From contig CAZYYB010000001.1 in NCBI GenBank assembly GCA_964651515.1, positions 15,068-79,067 of the forward strand: 64,000 bases of DNA, in the 5' to 3' direction. Positions 5,997 to 16,408 of this stretch are shown piece after piece (the first letter of the stretch is position 1; every line of letters starts with the position of its first letter). The position numbers and the translations under genes are program-made. The notes beneath the pieces are model-generated. The model was not told the origin of the DNA, did not search any database, and saw only the letters and a program-made list of their open reading frames with translations. Origin of the DNA: an uncultured Fibrobacteraceae bacterium (GTDB taxonomy: Bacteria > Fibrobacterota > Chitinivibrionia > Chitinivibrionales > Chitinispirillaceae).

Positions 5997-8900
5997 CGGT
6001 TCATCCCCGCGCATGCGGGGAACATCGGCACTCTCCATGACACCCTATGGCATTGAACGGTTCATCCCCGCGCATGCGGGGAACATTGAATCACCAGGCG
6101 TAAAGTAGCGCGCGCTGGCGGTTCATCCCCGCGCATGCGGGGAACATTCATCGGCATCACCCCCTTCTGTAGGTGTATTCGGTTCATCCCCGCGCATGCG
6201 GGGAACATTTTACAAGCCGGTTCATACAATTGGTAAGAGCCGGTTCATCCCCGCGCATGCGGGGAACATGAGCCGAGCTTGCCCATGCCCTCGAAGGTCT
6301 GCGGTTCATCCCCGCGCATGCGGGGAACATACCATTTCGCTTTCCTCTTCACCACGCCCAGCCGGTTCATCCCCGCGCATGCGGGGAACATTGGAGGGCG
6401 GGCACGCCCAGCGGATGATCTACCGGTTCATCCCCGCGCATGCGGGGAACATGTCGAAGTTCATTCCCCGCCGTCCATAGTATCCGGTTCATCCCCGCGC
6501 ATGCGGGGAACATATCGGCTGTCCGCACACCTCGCATTTGGTCTGCGGTTCATCCCCGCGCATGCGGGGAACATATCCCGGGAATGGTCCATTTATCCAG
6601 GCGCTGCGGTTCATCCCCGCGCATGCGGGGAACATCACGTCGCCGTTGGGTTTGGTTATCCCGCCGCCGGTTCATCCCCGCGCATGCGGGGAACATGGAT
6701 CGATCTGCGCCAGGGCGTGCGACGTGTCCGGTTCATCCCCGCGCATGCGGGGAACATGAGTTTCGCCTCACGGAGTTGAGTCAGTATGACGGTTCATCCC
6801 CGCGCATGCGGGGAACATACCATGATTGCCTCGCAGAGCGACAACCAGACCGGTTCATCCCCGCGCATGCGGGGAACATACTTCCACCAGCTTTACTGCC
6901 TCTTCTCCATACGGTTCATCCCCGCGCATGCGGGGAACATCCGCCTGCGGGCTCTTTGGCGCCCTCAAAAACCGGTTCATCCCCGCGCATGCGGGGAACA
7001 TCCCGTGCCGAATCCTATCGAAACGAGCGTCTCCGGTTCATCCCCGCGCATGCGGGGAACATAGTTCGGCGCTCCCCACCCGCACCCGTCGTCGCGGTTC
7101 ATCCCCGCGCATGCGGGGAACATGTGCCTCCTGGACTATGGTTAAGGGTTTACTACGGTTCATCCCCGCGCATGCGGGGAACATCGCATCCGGCAACCCG
7201 TAATAATTCCAGATAGCGGTTCATCCCCGCGCATGCGGGGAACATTTTTCAAACCCCTTGGATGCAATCCTTACATTCGGTTCATCCCCGCGCATGCGGG
7301 GAACATTTCCACTGGTGGCGAAATGCTCAGGACACAGCCGGTTCATCCCCGCGCATGCGGGGAACATCGGCGCATTTACAGGAGGCAGGCATACCCGGCC
7401 GGTTCATCCCCGCGCATGCGGGGAACATCTTATTGGAGCGGATATATTCCCAAACATCCGCGGTTCATCCCCGCGCATGCGGGGAACATTCGATAACCCG
7501 GACGGCCTTGATTGCCTCAGCCGGTTCATCCCCGCGCATGCGGGGAACATTTTCTTCATTGCGGTGAGGCCGTCGCTGAATGCGGTTCATCCCCGCGCAT
7601 GCGGGGAACATGCGAGCTGGTCAAGGTGTTTCTGGAAGTCGGCCGGTTCATCCCCGCGCATGCGGGGAACATTGTGAAGTGGTAGCGATGCGGAATTTTG
7701 GGAACGGTTCATCCCCGCGCATGCGGGGAACATCGGCGACTGTATGCGCTGCCGCGTTGGTGCCGCGGTTCATCCCCGCGCATGCGGGGAACATCTTATC
7801 AGCGGTTGACGAAAGAGTGGCAAAACCGGTTCATCCCCGCGCATGCGGGGAACATGGTAGTTGACCTTGCGGGCGTATCACCTCGGCCGGTTCATCCCCG
7901 CGCATGCGGGGAACATAGTGGGGTATCGAATTCGGGCACGTCAGCCCGCGGTTCATCCCCGCGCATGCGGGGAACATTTTCCTGAATCTGTCCTGCCATG
8001 ATGAGGCTCCGGTTCATCCCCGCGCATGCGGGGAACATCGCTTGGACTTTGGAGCGCGGTGACCGCCCGACGGTTCATCCCCGCGCATGCGGGGAACATG
8101 CGCCTATCTCGGGCAGATCACTATTTACATGCGGTTCATCCCCGCGCATGCGGGGAACATTTTTACTCCTGAGAGCTATCCCGTAGAGATGCAGGTTCAT
8201 CCCCGCGCATGCGGGGAACATAGCAGCTCGAATTTCCAGTCGATCGGCTTTGCCGGTTCATCCCCGCGCATGCGGGGAACATTGTATCCCTGACTATCTT
8301 CTCCATATCAGGGACGGTTCATCCCCGCGCATGCGGGGAACATCTGGGCGCGTGAGAAGCGCCGACAGTGGGGAGCGGTTCATCCCCGCGCATGCGGGGA
8401 ACATTGCGATTGTTCGCATTCGGCCATTGCAGCTACCGGTTCATCCCCGCGCATGCGGGGAACATGCGCACCTGAGCCGCTTCGTCATCGCTCAACCCGG
8501 TTCATCCCCGCGCATGCGGGGAACATTTCGAGTTGACGCGCGAAGAACATATTGTAACCGGTTCATCCCCGCGCATGCGGGGAACATCTGATTTCAGGGC
8601 TTGGAACATCGCACCATAACGGTTCATCCCCGCGCATGCGGGGAACATCCGTTATCCCATGCCACGGAAAAATCCCCAGCCGGTTCATCCCCGCGCATGC
8701 GGGGAACATCCTATATGTTATCAAATTAGATGGTTGGGAATCGGTTCATCCCCGCGCATGCGGGGAACATATGATGGGACATGATCGGCGGCTTTCCACG
8801 ACCGGTTCATCCCCGCGCATGCGGGGAACATGTGTTTTTCGGCGGCGCTGTCCATGACTCCCTAGGTTCATCCCCGCGCATGCGGGGAACATGCGGCTCC

Positions 8901-9502
8901 TGAATACATCAAGGCGGCGGCGTACGGTTCATCCCCGCGCATGCGGGGAACATGACAACTGCGCTTCGGCGAACCGCTGGACCTGCGGTTCATCCCCGCG
9001 CATGCGGGGAACATCTCTAATGCAATCTGGCAAGATAAACGGGTAGCGGTTCATCCCCGCGCATGCGGGGAACATTAATATCGGGGACCCTGTTTATTTG
9101 ACCTTGACGGTTCATCCCCGCGCATGCGGGGAACATATATACCATGGCAAAATAAGTTAGCCGAAACGCGGTTCATCCCCGCGCATGCGGGGAACATAAC
9201 TTGTTCTGGGAGAATGGTCCTGCCCGCACCGGTTCATCCCCGCGCATGCGGGGAACATTTGCGGGCTTGCGCCTGCGCTGCGGTGAGTGCCGGTTCATCC
9301 CCGCGCATGCGGGGAACATGGACCTTGAACCAAGGGCCTGAATTAATCGGCCGGTTCATCCCCGCGCATGCGGGGAACATATCTGAAGACTGATTGAAGA
9401 ATGCCGCCCCTTCGGTTCATCCCCGCGCATGCGGGGAACATGCAGAACCCAAAAACCCTATAATACGGCAAACCGGTTCATCCCCGCGCATGCGGGGAAC
9501 AT
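5997..9502 (-). CRISPR. CRISPR array segment B (leader-proximal): 58 repeats, 57 spacers, all 32 bp
   Basis: Strict 61-bp period from 5997 to 9474. The reverse complement ATGTTCCCCGCATGCGCGGGGATGAACCG resembles the E. coli I-E repeat. Variants at 8193 and 8864. Confidence 0.98.
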
Positions 9503-9630
9503 ACTAATATCTTTCTCATTGATTTTGCTCAAGATACAAATTTTGAAAAGTTCTACCGATTTTTTTTATCATCCAGAGATTTCAAAGAGCTTGCCTCTAT
9601 ACTTTACTTTCGATCGACCACGCTTCCTCG
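9503..9630 (-). promoter_or_regulatory. CRISPR leader (AT-rich)
   Basis: 128-bp AT-rich stretch between the last cas-operon gene and the first repeat, in the position and orientation typical of I-E loci. Confidence 0.7.
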
Positions 9631-10209
9631 TCAAATCGCCTTCCTTTTAGGTAAAAATGCATCCTTCGGCAGGCCAAGCGGCAACCCTTCAAGCACGATT
9701 TTCGCGCACGCGAGCGCATCCGATTTTGCATCGTGGTGCTTGAGCGGGATACCGAGCCGGTTGCATACGTTGGGCAGCTTTGTCGGGTAAATATCCCACA
9801 GGCGCCGGGCAAGCTTTACCGTGCACAGGAATTTGACCTCTGGAGGTTTGACCGCGGCGCCGAGGCAGCAGGAGTGCAACACGGACCGGTCAAACGATGC
9901 GTTGTGCGCCGCGATAAAGTCGACCTCATGCAGGAGCGACCGCATACCTGGCCACAGCTCGGCGAAATTCGGTTTCTCTGCGACGTCCTCCCAGGTGATT
10001 CCATGAATGTGGGTAAAGACAAAATCACGCCGCGGCGGACGGATCAGGGCATGCGCCTTGTGAACGATTTTCCCCTTTTCCACCACGACTATAGCCGCCG
10101 CACAGGCGCTGTCGCGACCCTGGTCGGCGGTCTCGAAATCGATTGCCGCGAATCTTTCAAGGGATTCACTTTTGGAAACTTTCGGCATTTTCTTTTTTGT
10201 TGCCGTCAC
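9631..10209 (-). CDS. Stand-alone DEDDh (DnaQ-like) 3'-5' exonuclease, last gene of the cas operon
   Basis: 192 aa. Exo I AIDFETAD, Exo II FIAAHNASFDRSVL, Exo III HHDAKSDALACAKI. Starts 6 nt after the cas2 stop. Confidence 0.85.
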   Translation of the reverse strand: MTATKKKMPKVSKSESLERFAAIDFETADQGRDSACAAAIVVVEKGKIVHKAHALIRPPRRDFVFTHIHGITWEDVAEKPNFAELWPGMRSLLHEVDFIAAHNASFDRSVLHSCCLGAAVKPPEVKFLCTVKLARRLWDIYPTKLPNVCNRLGIPLKHHDAKSDALACAKIVLEGLPLGLPKDAFLPKRKAI

Positions 10210-10215
10210 GATTCT

Positions 10216-11417
<1,202 letters not shown>

Positions 11418-11428
<11 letters not shown>

Positions 11429-11840
11429 AAAAAGCTCGCTTGAGCGGATCCGTCAGGCGCAGGAGTTCAACGAAATGGGTAAAGGAAAAACGGCGGACCA
11501 GCAGGGAGGCAGGGGCTGATAATTCCGTTGAAGGCAATTCCACGGTAACCAATGCAGAAATCTGCGGGTAGGTCCGGTAGAACTTCCTGAAAAGCTGGAG
11601 GTTCCTCGCAGAAAAACCGCGTCGGGCAATGGCACCTTCGTCACGCCGCCGTGCGAGGCGGGGAACCGGATTCGTTCCGTATTCAGCCCGGTCGCTGCCC
11701 GACCGCTCATACTCAACAATGTGCCTGCCGATCAGCCAGTTCCTGAAGGTGAGCGTTCGATTCACCGAACCGACGGCAACCCGGCCCATTGCCTCATGCA
11801 CCCGCCCGATTACCGTCGCCGGCTCTTCAAAAATTCCCAT
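11418..11840 (-). pseudogene. DUF1016_N (YhcG-like N-terminal domain) ORF lacking the PD-(D/E)xK nuclease half
   Basis: 140 aa. RTLTFRNWLIGRHIVEYE..RAEYG..GFSARNLQLFRKFYRTYP..FTHFVELLRL.DPLKRAFY matches the YhcG N-terminal pattern, then stops. Overlaps the cas1 start by 11 nt. Confidence 0.55.
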
Positions 11841-11920
11841 TATCCGAATTCCTTCTTACACCGGTTTCACGAGCAGGAGGCCGCAGCCGAAGGCCTTGGC
11901 GGGACCGGGGAGCGGCGTCT

Positions 11921-12610
11921 TCATTCCGCATAAGCCATTCTTACCCTGCGGGGTGAAAACCTTCTATTATCAGATGCAAATGAAACCGGAATATCCGGCA
12001 ATGAATCGCGTCCCTCCGCAAAAGTTTCGGCATCTTCCTGGAAGGTATACTTTTCCAACGCATCTATTTTCAGCAATCGCAGGGCGTCCTCTTTGGATGT
12101 TGCCATGCCGGCAAGCACCGGTGCCGTCGGGATACAGCTCTTGCGGCCGAGCCATATTCCCCAGACCGGATCGGCCAACCCGGCAGCTATCTTTTCTAAT
12201 ACTTCCGGCTTTCCCTCAAGAATCACGCCGAACATTGCATCGGAGAGATAACCTCGGTGAGTAATATGGCATGGTTTGGCATTTCCATCGGCAGTCACGG
12301 TATTTAGCACCGTATGATAATCCTGCAGACGACGAACCTTTAATACCTCCTTTTTAATCTGGTCCTTAAACTTTTTATCGACAATGCGGGGTATGGCGAT
12401 TGAAATCATTCGAAGACCCCTAAATTCCTCAAGAAATCGGCTCTCCTCAGAACCTCCACGGTTATACCCCAGCGCGGCGCAGCATATGCCGCCGATGGCG
12501 CTCTTTGTCGGCATGAGTCCGGTATTGCGGCGGTTGTATTGGCTGTCGAAACCCCAGGATTGCAGAGGACCCTCCAGACGAAGGGCCAGAAAGCGGCCAT
12601 TAATTGACAT
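11921..12610 (-). CDS. cas5: Cascade subunit Cas5e (CasD)
   Basis: FLALRLEGPLQSWG...NTGLMPTKSAIGGICCAALG. The start at 12610 is preferred (alternative 12637). Overlaps the cas7 stop. Confidence 0.9.
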   Translation of the reverse strand: MSINGRFLALRLEGPLQSWGFDSQYNRRNTGLMPTKSAIGGICCAALGYNRGGSEESRFLEEFRGLRMISIAIPRIVDKKFKDQIKKEVLKVRRLQDYHTVLNTVTADGNAKPCHITHRGYLSDAMFGVILEGKPEVLEKIAAGLADPVWGIWLGRKSCIPTAPVLAGMATSKEDALRLLKIDALEKYTFQEDAETFAEGRDSLPDIPVSFASDNRRFSPRRVRMAYAE

Positions 12611-13637
12611 GTGTCGCCACCTCGTCGAGGAAGGCATTCATGCCGACATCGGGAATTGCTTTTTCGAAAATAGCCTTTACGCCCCAGGTGTTATTGAGTT
12701 TTTCATATTCCTCTTTGAGAAGATCGATGGATTTTTGCGCATATCCCTGCATCGAGCGCACGGGGCTCTCAAAGGCATTGGAAAGCTGAATCGGATGACC
12801 TGTTTCTCGAACCACACCGAGGACATAGGCGGGAAGAGTATTCCCGTTCATGGTATTCTTTCGTGCGCAGGGAATCGCTTTTATCGTCGCTTCTACAAAG
12901 GTGCGAACGACATTCTGCCTATCCTCCCTGCTCAAGCTTCCCAGATGCGCCGCATCCGCGAGCATATCGAGGTTGAGAGCGGCAAACCGATAATAGGTCG
13001 CGGAATTGAATTCAATGGTGCTTGTCATGCCCGCGCCGGATTCTTCCTTGGATTGCAAGTCGTCCACGGCGGAAAAAAAATCGATCTCATTATCGACCTT
13101 ATGTGTCGAAAGTGCATGCGAAAACATCGATGCAGCTTCAACGGTCAATGTATGATCATTGGCAACCATACGTCCAAAAATAGAAATATCGGCCGCATCA
13201 TTAATTGCTTTCCCATTGATTGATTTTATGGCCTTTTTTACATCCTTGGTTGCAAAATAGGCCTTAGCTATAGTTTCCAATTCAAGCGGCGACATGAAAT
13301 AAAGAGTTTTGGATTTGACCTTATCGGTGGACTTTTCATCAATTTTTACCAATGCATCAACAATGCTCTTTGAGGCATCCAATGCCTCGGTTTCACCTAA
13401 CCCGGTAGATTTCATTGCATTAAAAAGCGGCTCAAACATTAGTCGTGTTCGTTCACCCTTATAGTGCTTTGGTAAAATCTCCTTTGCTATTTCCCGTATC
13501 GCCCGTTTCCACGACTGGCTTGATACCCTCGCTCGCTGAACACCTCCGAAAACTGCGGTCTTAGGCGAGTTGAGGTCATCGCGATTGAGGCAGGAAACCG
13601 GTACCGACTGAATGATGTGAAGTTCCAGATGTTTCAT
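12600..13637 (-). CDS. cas7: Cascade backbone subunit Cas7e (CasC/Cse4)
   Basis: 345 aa. N-terminus: MKHLELHIIQSVPVSCLNRDDLNSPKTAVFGGVQRARVSSQSWKRAIR. Confidence 0.92.
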   Translation of the reverse strand: MKHLELHIIQSVPVSCLNRDDLNSPKTAVFGGVQRARVSSQSWKRAIREIAKEILPKHYKGERTRLMFEPLFNAMKSTGLGETEALDASKSIVDALVKIDEKSTDKVKSKTLYFMSPLELETIAKAYFATKDVKKAIKSINGKAINDAADISIFGRMVANDHTLTVEAASMFSHALSTHKVDNEIDFFSAVDDLQSKEESGAGMTSTIEFNSATYYRFAALNLDMLADAAHLGSLSREDRQNVVRTFVEATIKAIPCARKNTMNGNTLPAYVLGVVRETGHPIQLSNAFESPVRSMQGYAQKSIDLLKEEYEKLNNTWGVKAIFEKAIPDVGMNAFLDEVATHVN

Positions 13638-13665
13638 TGTTCTTCTCCTTATGGTTTATAATTGT

Positions 13666-14352
13666 TTAAAAATTCACCGGAGACAACAAAAAAAGGCCGA
13701 ATCCAAATCCTTTGGCGCTGCCGATGCCCTGATGATAAGTTGCTTCGAATTTTTCCGAATCCGTCACTTCGAGCGTTCCGCGAAACTGGACGCCGCCATG
13801 ATAGCCATAATGATCTTTTTTTCGGAAGTAACGTTCTGCCATGGGTCTGATTTCAAGCGGTTTCTCTTCAACTATCCGAAATCCGCCGGGAACATCAACG
13901 CCGGTATTGCAATCCTTGCATCGCACGTTCCCTTTTTGAGTAATCCAGGCACGAAGCTCTTCCCGGTCAACAAGTGGTATTCGTTTGCCATGTTCTCGTT
14001 TTCCATTCGGGCGTCGGAGCGTTTCCCCATTCGGGCCTCTCAGGACTTTTGTTTTAGTCGGATTGGCCCACAGATCGAAAGCGTAAAAACGATGTCGCAG
14101 AAAAGATGGGGCGATCTCCTTAAGGGAAAACCTTTCCTGTAAACACCAATCAGGACGCCTCGGCCGACAGCGGGCAAGCAACCATAGACGAAATGCGCCT
14201 TCGACGATATCGATACGGGACAGGAAATCCCGTTTCTTATCTGGCTGGTCGGGAAAACATTCCCACAGCCTTTGATGCCAGAAATAGGAATCGACAATTC
14301 CTTTGGAAATAGCATTTTTTGCATCCATTTCCATGCGGACGAGCCAGCTCAT
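13666..14352 (-). CDS. cas6e: pre-crRNA endoribonuclease Cas6e (CasE)
   Basis: 228 aa with C-terminal GIGSAKGFGFGLFLL motif. Overlaps cse2 by 4 nt. Confidence 0.88.
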   Translation of the reverse strand: MSWLVRMEMDAKNAISKGIVDSYFWHQRLWECFPDQPDKKRDFLSRIDIVEGAFRLWLLARCRPRRPDWCLQERFSLKEIAPSFLRHRFYAFDLWANPTKTKVLRGPNGETLRRPNGKREHGKRIPLVDREELRAWITQKGNVRCKDCNTGVDVPGGFRIVEEKPLEIRPMAERYFRKKDHYGYHGGVQFRGTLEVTDSEKFEATYHQGIGSAKGFGFGLFLLSPVNF

Positions 14353-14843
14353 ACAACCTCCGCTTCATCACCGGAAACCGCATGAGGTGCCCAGAATGCC
14401 ATGCCCCATTCGGTTTTGGTACGGTCGTTCCAATAGCGCAGGTCCGACAAAAGTTTTTCGTAATTGACCGAAATGCTCTGTGCCTTTGCCATGAAAACCA
14501 TGCGGGCAATACGCTCATGAAGTTCATTTCCCGGTTCGGCGGAAAGCAGATGCTGAAAGCGACGTTCCGTTGGGGTGAGTTTGTTATCGTCGCTTCGCTT
14601 CTCACTCCGCCTTTGTTCGATAATTCTGCAAGTGTTCCCAAAGTTTCCCGATGGCGTTTCATCAGGATGGGCGGAAAAAAGCCCGGCAACGAGAGTTGCA
14701 ATATCGTCGCCGATATCGATACCCATTCGGTTGAGCACCGGCCATGCTCGATGTTTTTTGCTTTCCACCAGCACACACCGAAGATTGGCCATCATACCAC
14801 GGTTATCGGCGTAGCGACGGATTCGCTCCAAAAGCGTACTCAT
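14349..14843 (-). CDS. cse2: Cascade small subunit Cse2 (CasB/Cas11e)
   Basis: 164 aa and helical, placed between cse1 and cas6e with 4-nt overlaps on both sides. Confidence 0.85.
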   Translation of the reverse strand: MSTLLERIRRYADNRGMMANLRCVLVESKKHRAWPVLNRMGIDIGDDIATLVAGLFSAHPDETPSGNFGNTCRIIEQRRSEKRSDDNKLTPTERRFQHLLSAEPGNELHERIARMVFMAKAQSISVNYEKLLSDLRYWNDRTKTEWGMAFWAPHAVSGDEAEVV

Positions 14844-16408
14844 GCTTCGACCTCCTTGTGTTCGGGTGTGTCGGATTCGGCCTTTTTTTCTGATAGTAAT
14901 CTCTGAAAGCCTTTTGCAAAAGCGCGCATCCGGCGCGGCGATTCACAACCGCATGCAACGCGAAAGGCATCGCAGGCTGTTGCAAAAAGCATTTTTCTCC
15001 ATGCATCGCGCGTAGGGAGTGCCGCGTCGGTGTCAATGGCCGCTATATGTGACATGAGCAGCGGAAGGTTCTTTTCAACGGTGGTCCAGTAATGAACAGT
15101 TGCAAGAGAATGGAGCTTAGCCTTGAGAGCACCCTTAGCAGGTCCTGCGCTTTTTAATTGGCCTTCCCATCCGCCGTCGATTTCAGTACGATATACTTCA
15201 ATCGCCCAGCCAAGGCGGCCGGCAACAGTTTCTGCATTACGTACTTCTTCCTCATATATAATATGTCCATCAGCGGAAAGAAGCTTTGCCGGAATATGAA
15301 ATACCGATTCTGAAGTATCAACAATAGTTGCCTGATCGCGAGCTAATGCGGAAACAACCAAATCGCATTCCTCACCTTCCTGCAGTGCGCAAAGCGAAAG
15401 AGGGCCACCTAACCCATTTGCGGCACGCTTGGTGACCACGGCGGAAAGCTCCCGCCAAAGTGCACGAGAGGGTCGATATGAAAGCAGGATTCTTTCTTCT
15501 TTTTTGGCGATCTTTCGGATCAAAACAGTAGCGCTTGGCTCAGGCGGAAACCCATTGGAGTAGGGCGGGTATTCCAACCCATCGCCTAATAACATTTTGG
15601 AACCGGCCTGGTGAAGCAAAATCAACCGGGTCATTGGAACCAATCTGCCTATATAAGTCTGTGTCGCATTGGCTATTCCGGCTGTATCGGAAAACGAACC
15701 AGGTGGGCATTCCCATACTGGATTCCCTATGCCCAGATTTCCGTAACTTGACCGGATATCATCATAGGAGGGTAAATTCAGGCGAAGCGATTCAAGCAGG
15801 TTTTCACCGCGCAAAAAAGCGTGAATCATTGACGCTGAAACGCAAGGGCCGTCCTTTGATGATTTTCCCGTTTGGGCGTTATTCCAGTATACCTGTGAAA
15901 TAAGCCCGCCCGGAGAAAAACACTGAAAGGTAATCATTGAAACGAGGGTCTCACTTATAGAAATGCTGCGATTGATGGCCATTCCCGCATGGTCAAAGAA
16001 TGTGGTATTATTGCCGGTAGATAATGAAAAATTGAGTTTTGAAACCGGCGACCATAAGGATAAATCATCCTTCGAAATCTCTTCTTGGTTTTTTGATAGG
16101 CCGGTTATCTGAAGCCATGGCTTCTTTTTATGGAACAATTCAAATGATTCTTTCCATTCCTTTAAATATCTTCGGACTGCCTCGGGCAATTTTTTAGGCA
16201 CCTCGCGCCACTCATTATAATCCTTCGGCCCGTTAAGTGCAGCATGGGCAACACAGAGGAAAAGCCTCATGAGCGCGACGCGTTCATGGGGCCGAACCGA
16301 TAAATCTGCAAAACGATCTCCCTTGGTGAGCACCTCGCAGAGGCTTGCCAATTCCGGCACTCCTTCTGAAGTTACTACCGGAATCCACGGATCAAAGGCA
16401 ACATTCAT
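14840..16408 (-). CDS. cse1: Cascade large subunit Cse1 (CasA/Cas8e)
   Basis: 522 aa. N-terminus: MNVAFDPWIPVV...RPHERVALMRLFLCVAHAAL. Overlaps cas3 by 4 nt. Confidence 0.9.
   Translation of the reverse strand: MNVAFDPWIPVVTSEGVPELASLCEVLTKGDRFADLSVRPHERVALMRLFLCVAHAALNGPKDYNEWREVPKKLPEAVRRYLKEWKESFELFHKKKPWLQITGLSKNQEEISKDDLSLWSPVSKLNFSLSTGNNTTFFDHAGMAINRSISISETLVSMITFQCFSPGGLISQVYWNNAQTGKSSKDGPCVSASMIHAFLRGENLLESLRLNLPSYDDIRSSYGNLGIGNPVWECPPGSFSDTAGIANATQTYIGRLVPMTRLILLHQAGSKMLLGDGLEYPPYSNGFPPEPSATVLIRKIAKKEERILLSYRPSRALWRELSAVVTKRAANGLGGPLSLCALQEGEECDLVVSALARDQATIVDTSESVFHIPAKLLSADGHIIYEEEVRNAETVAGRLGWAIEVYRTEIDGGWEGQLKSAGPAKGALKAKLHSLATVHYWTTVEKNLPLLMSHIAAIDTDAALPTRDAWRKMLFATACDAFRVACGCESPRRMRAFAKGFQRLLSEKKAESDTPEHKEVEA

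Noticed and set aside
9503-9630. IHF-binding site (WATCAANNNNTTR) in the leader, as in E. coli I-E.
   Set aside because: By eye there is no exact match on either strand. I cannot exclude a degenerate site.
4126-9650. Dozens of plus-strand ORFs in the ORF track containing RFIPAHAGN, GSSPRMRGT or VHPRACGEH.
   Set aside because: These are the three reading frames of the 29-bp CRISPR repeat read through spacers. They are periodic every 61 bp and are not genes.
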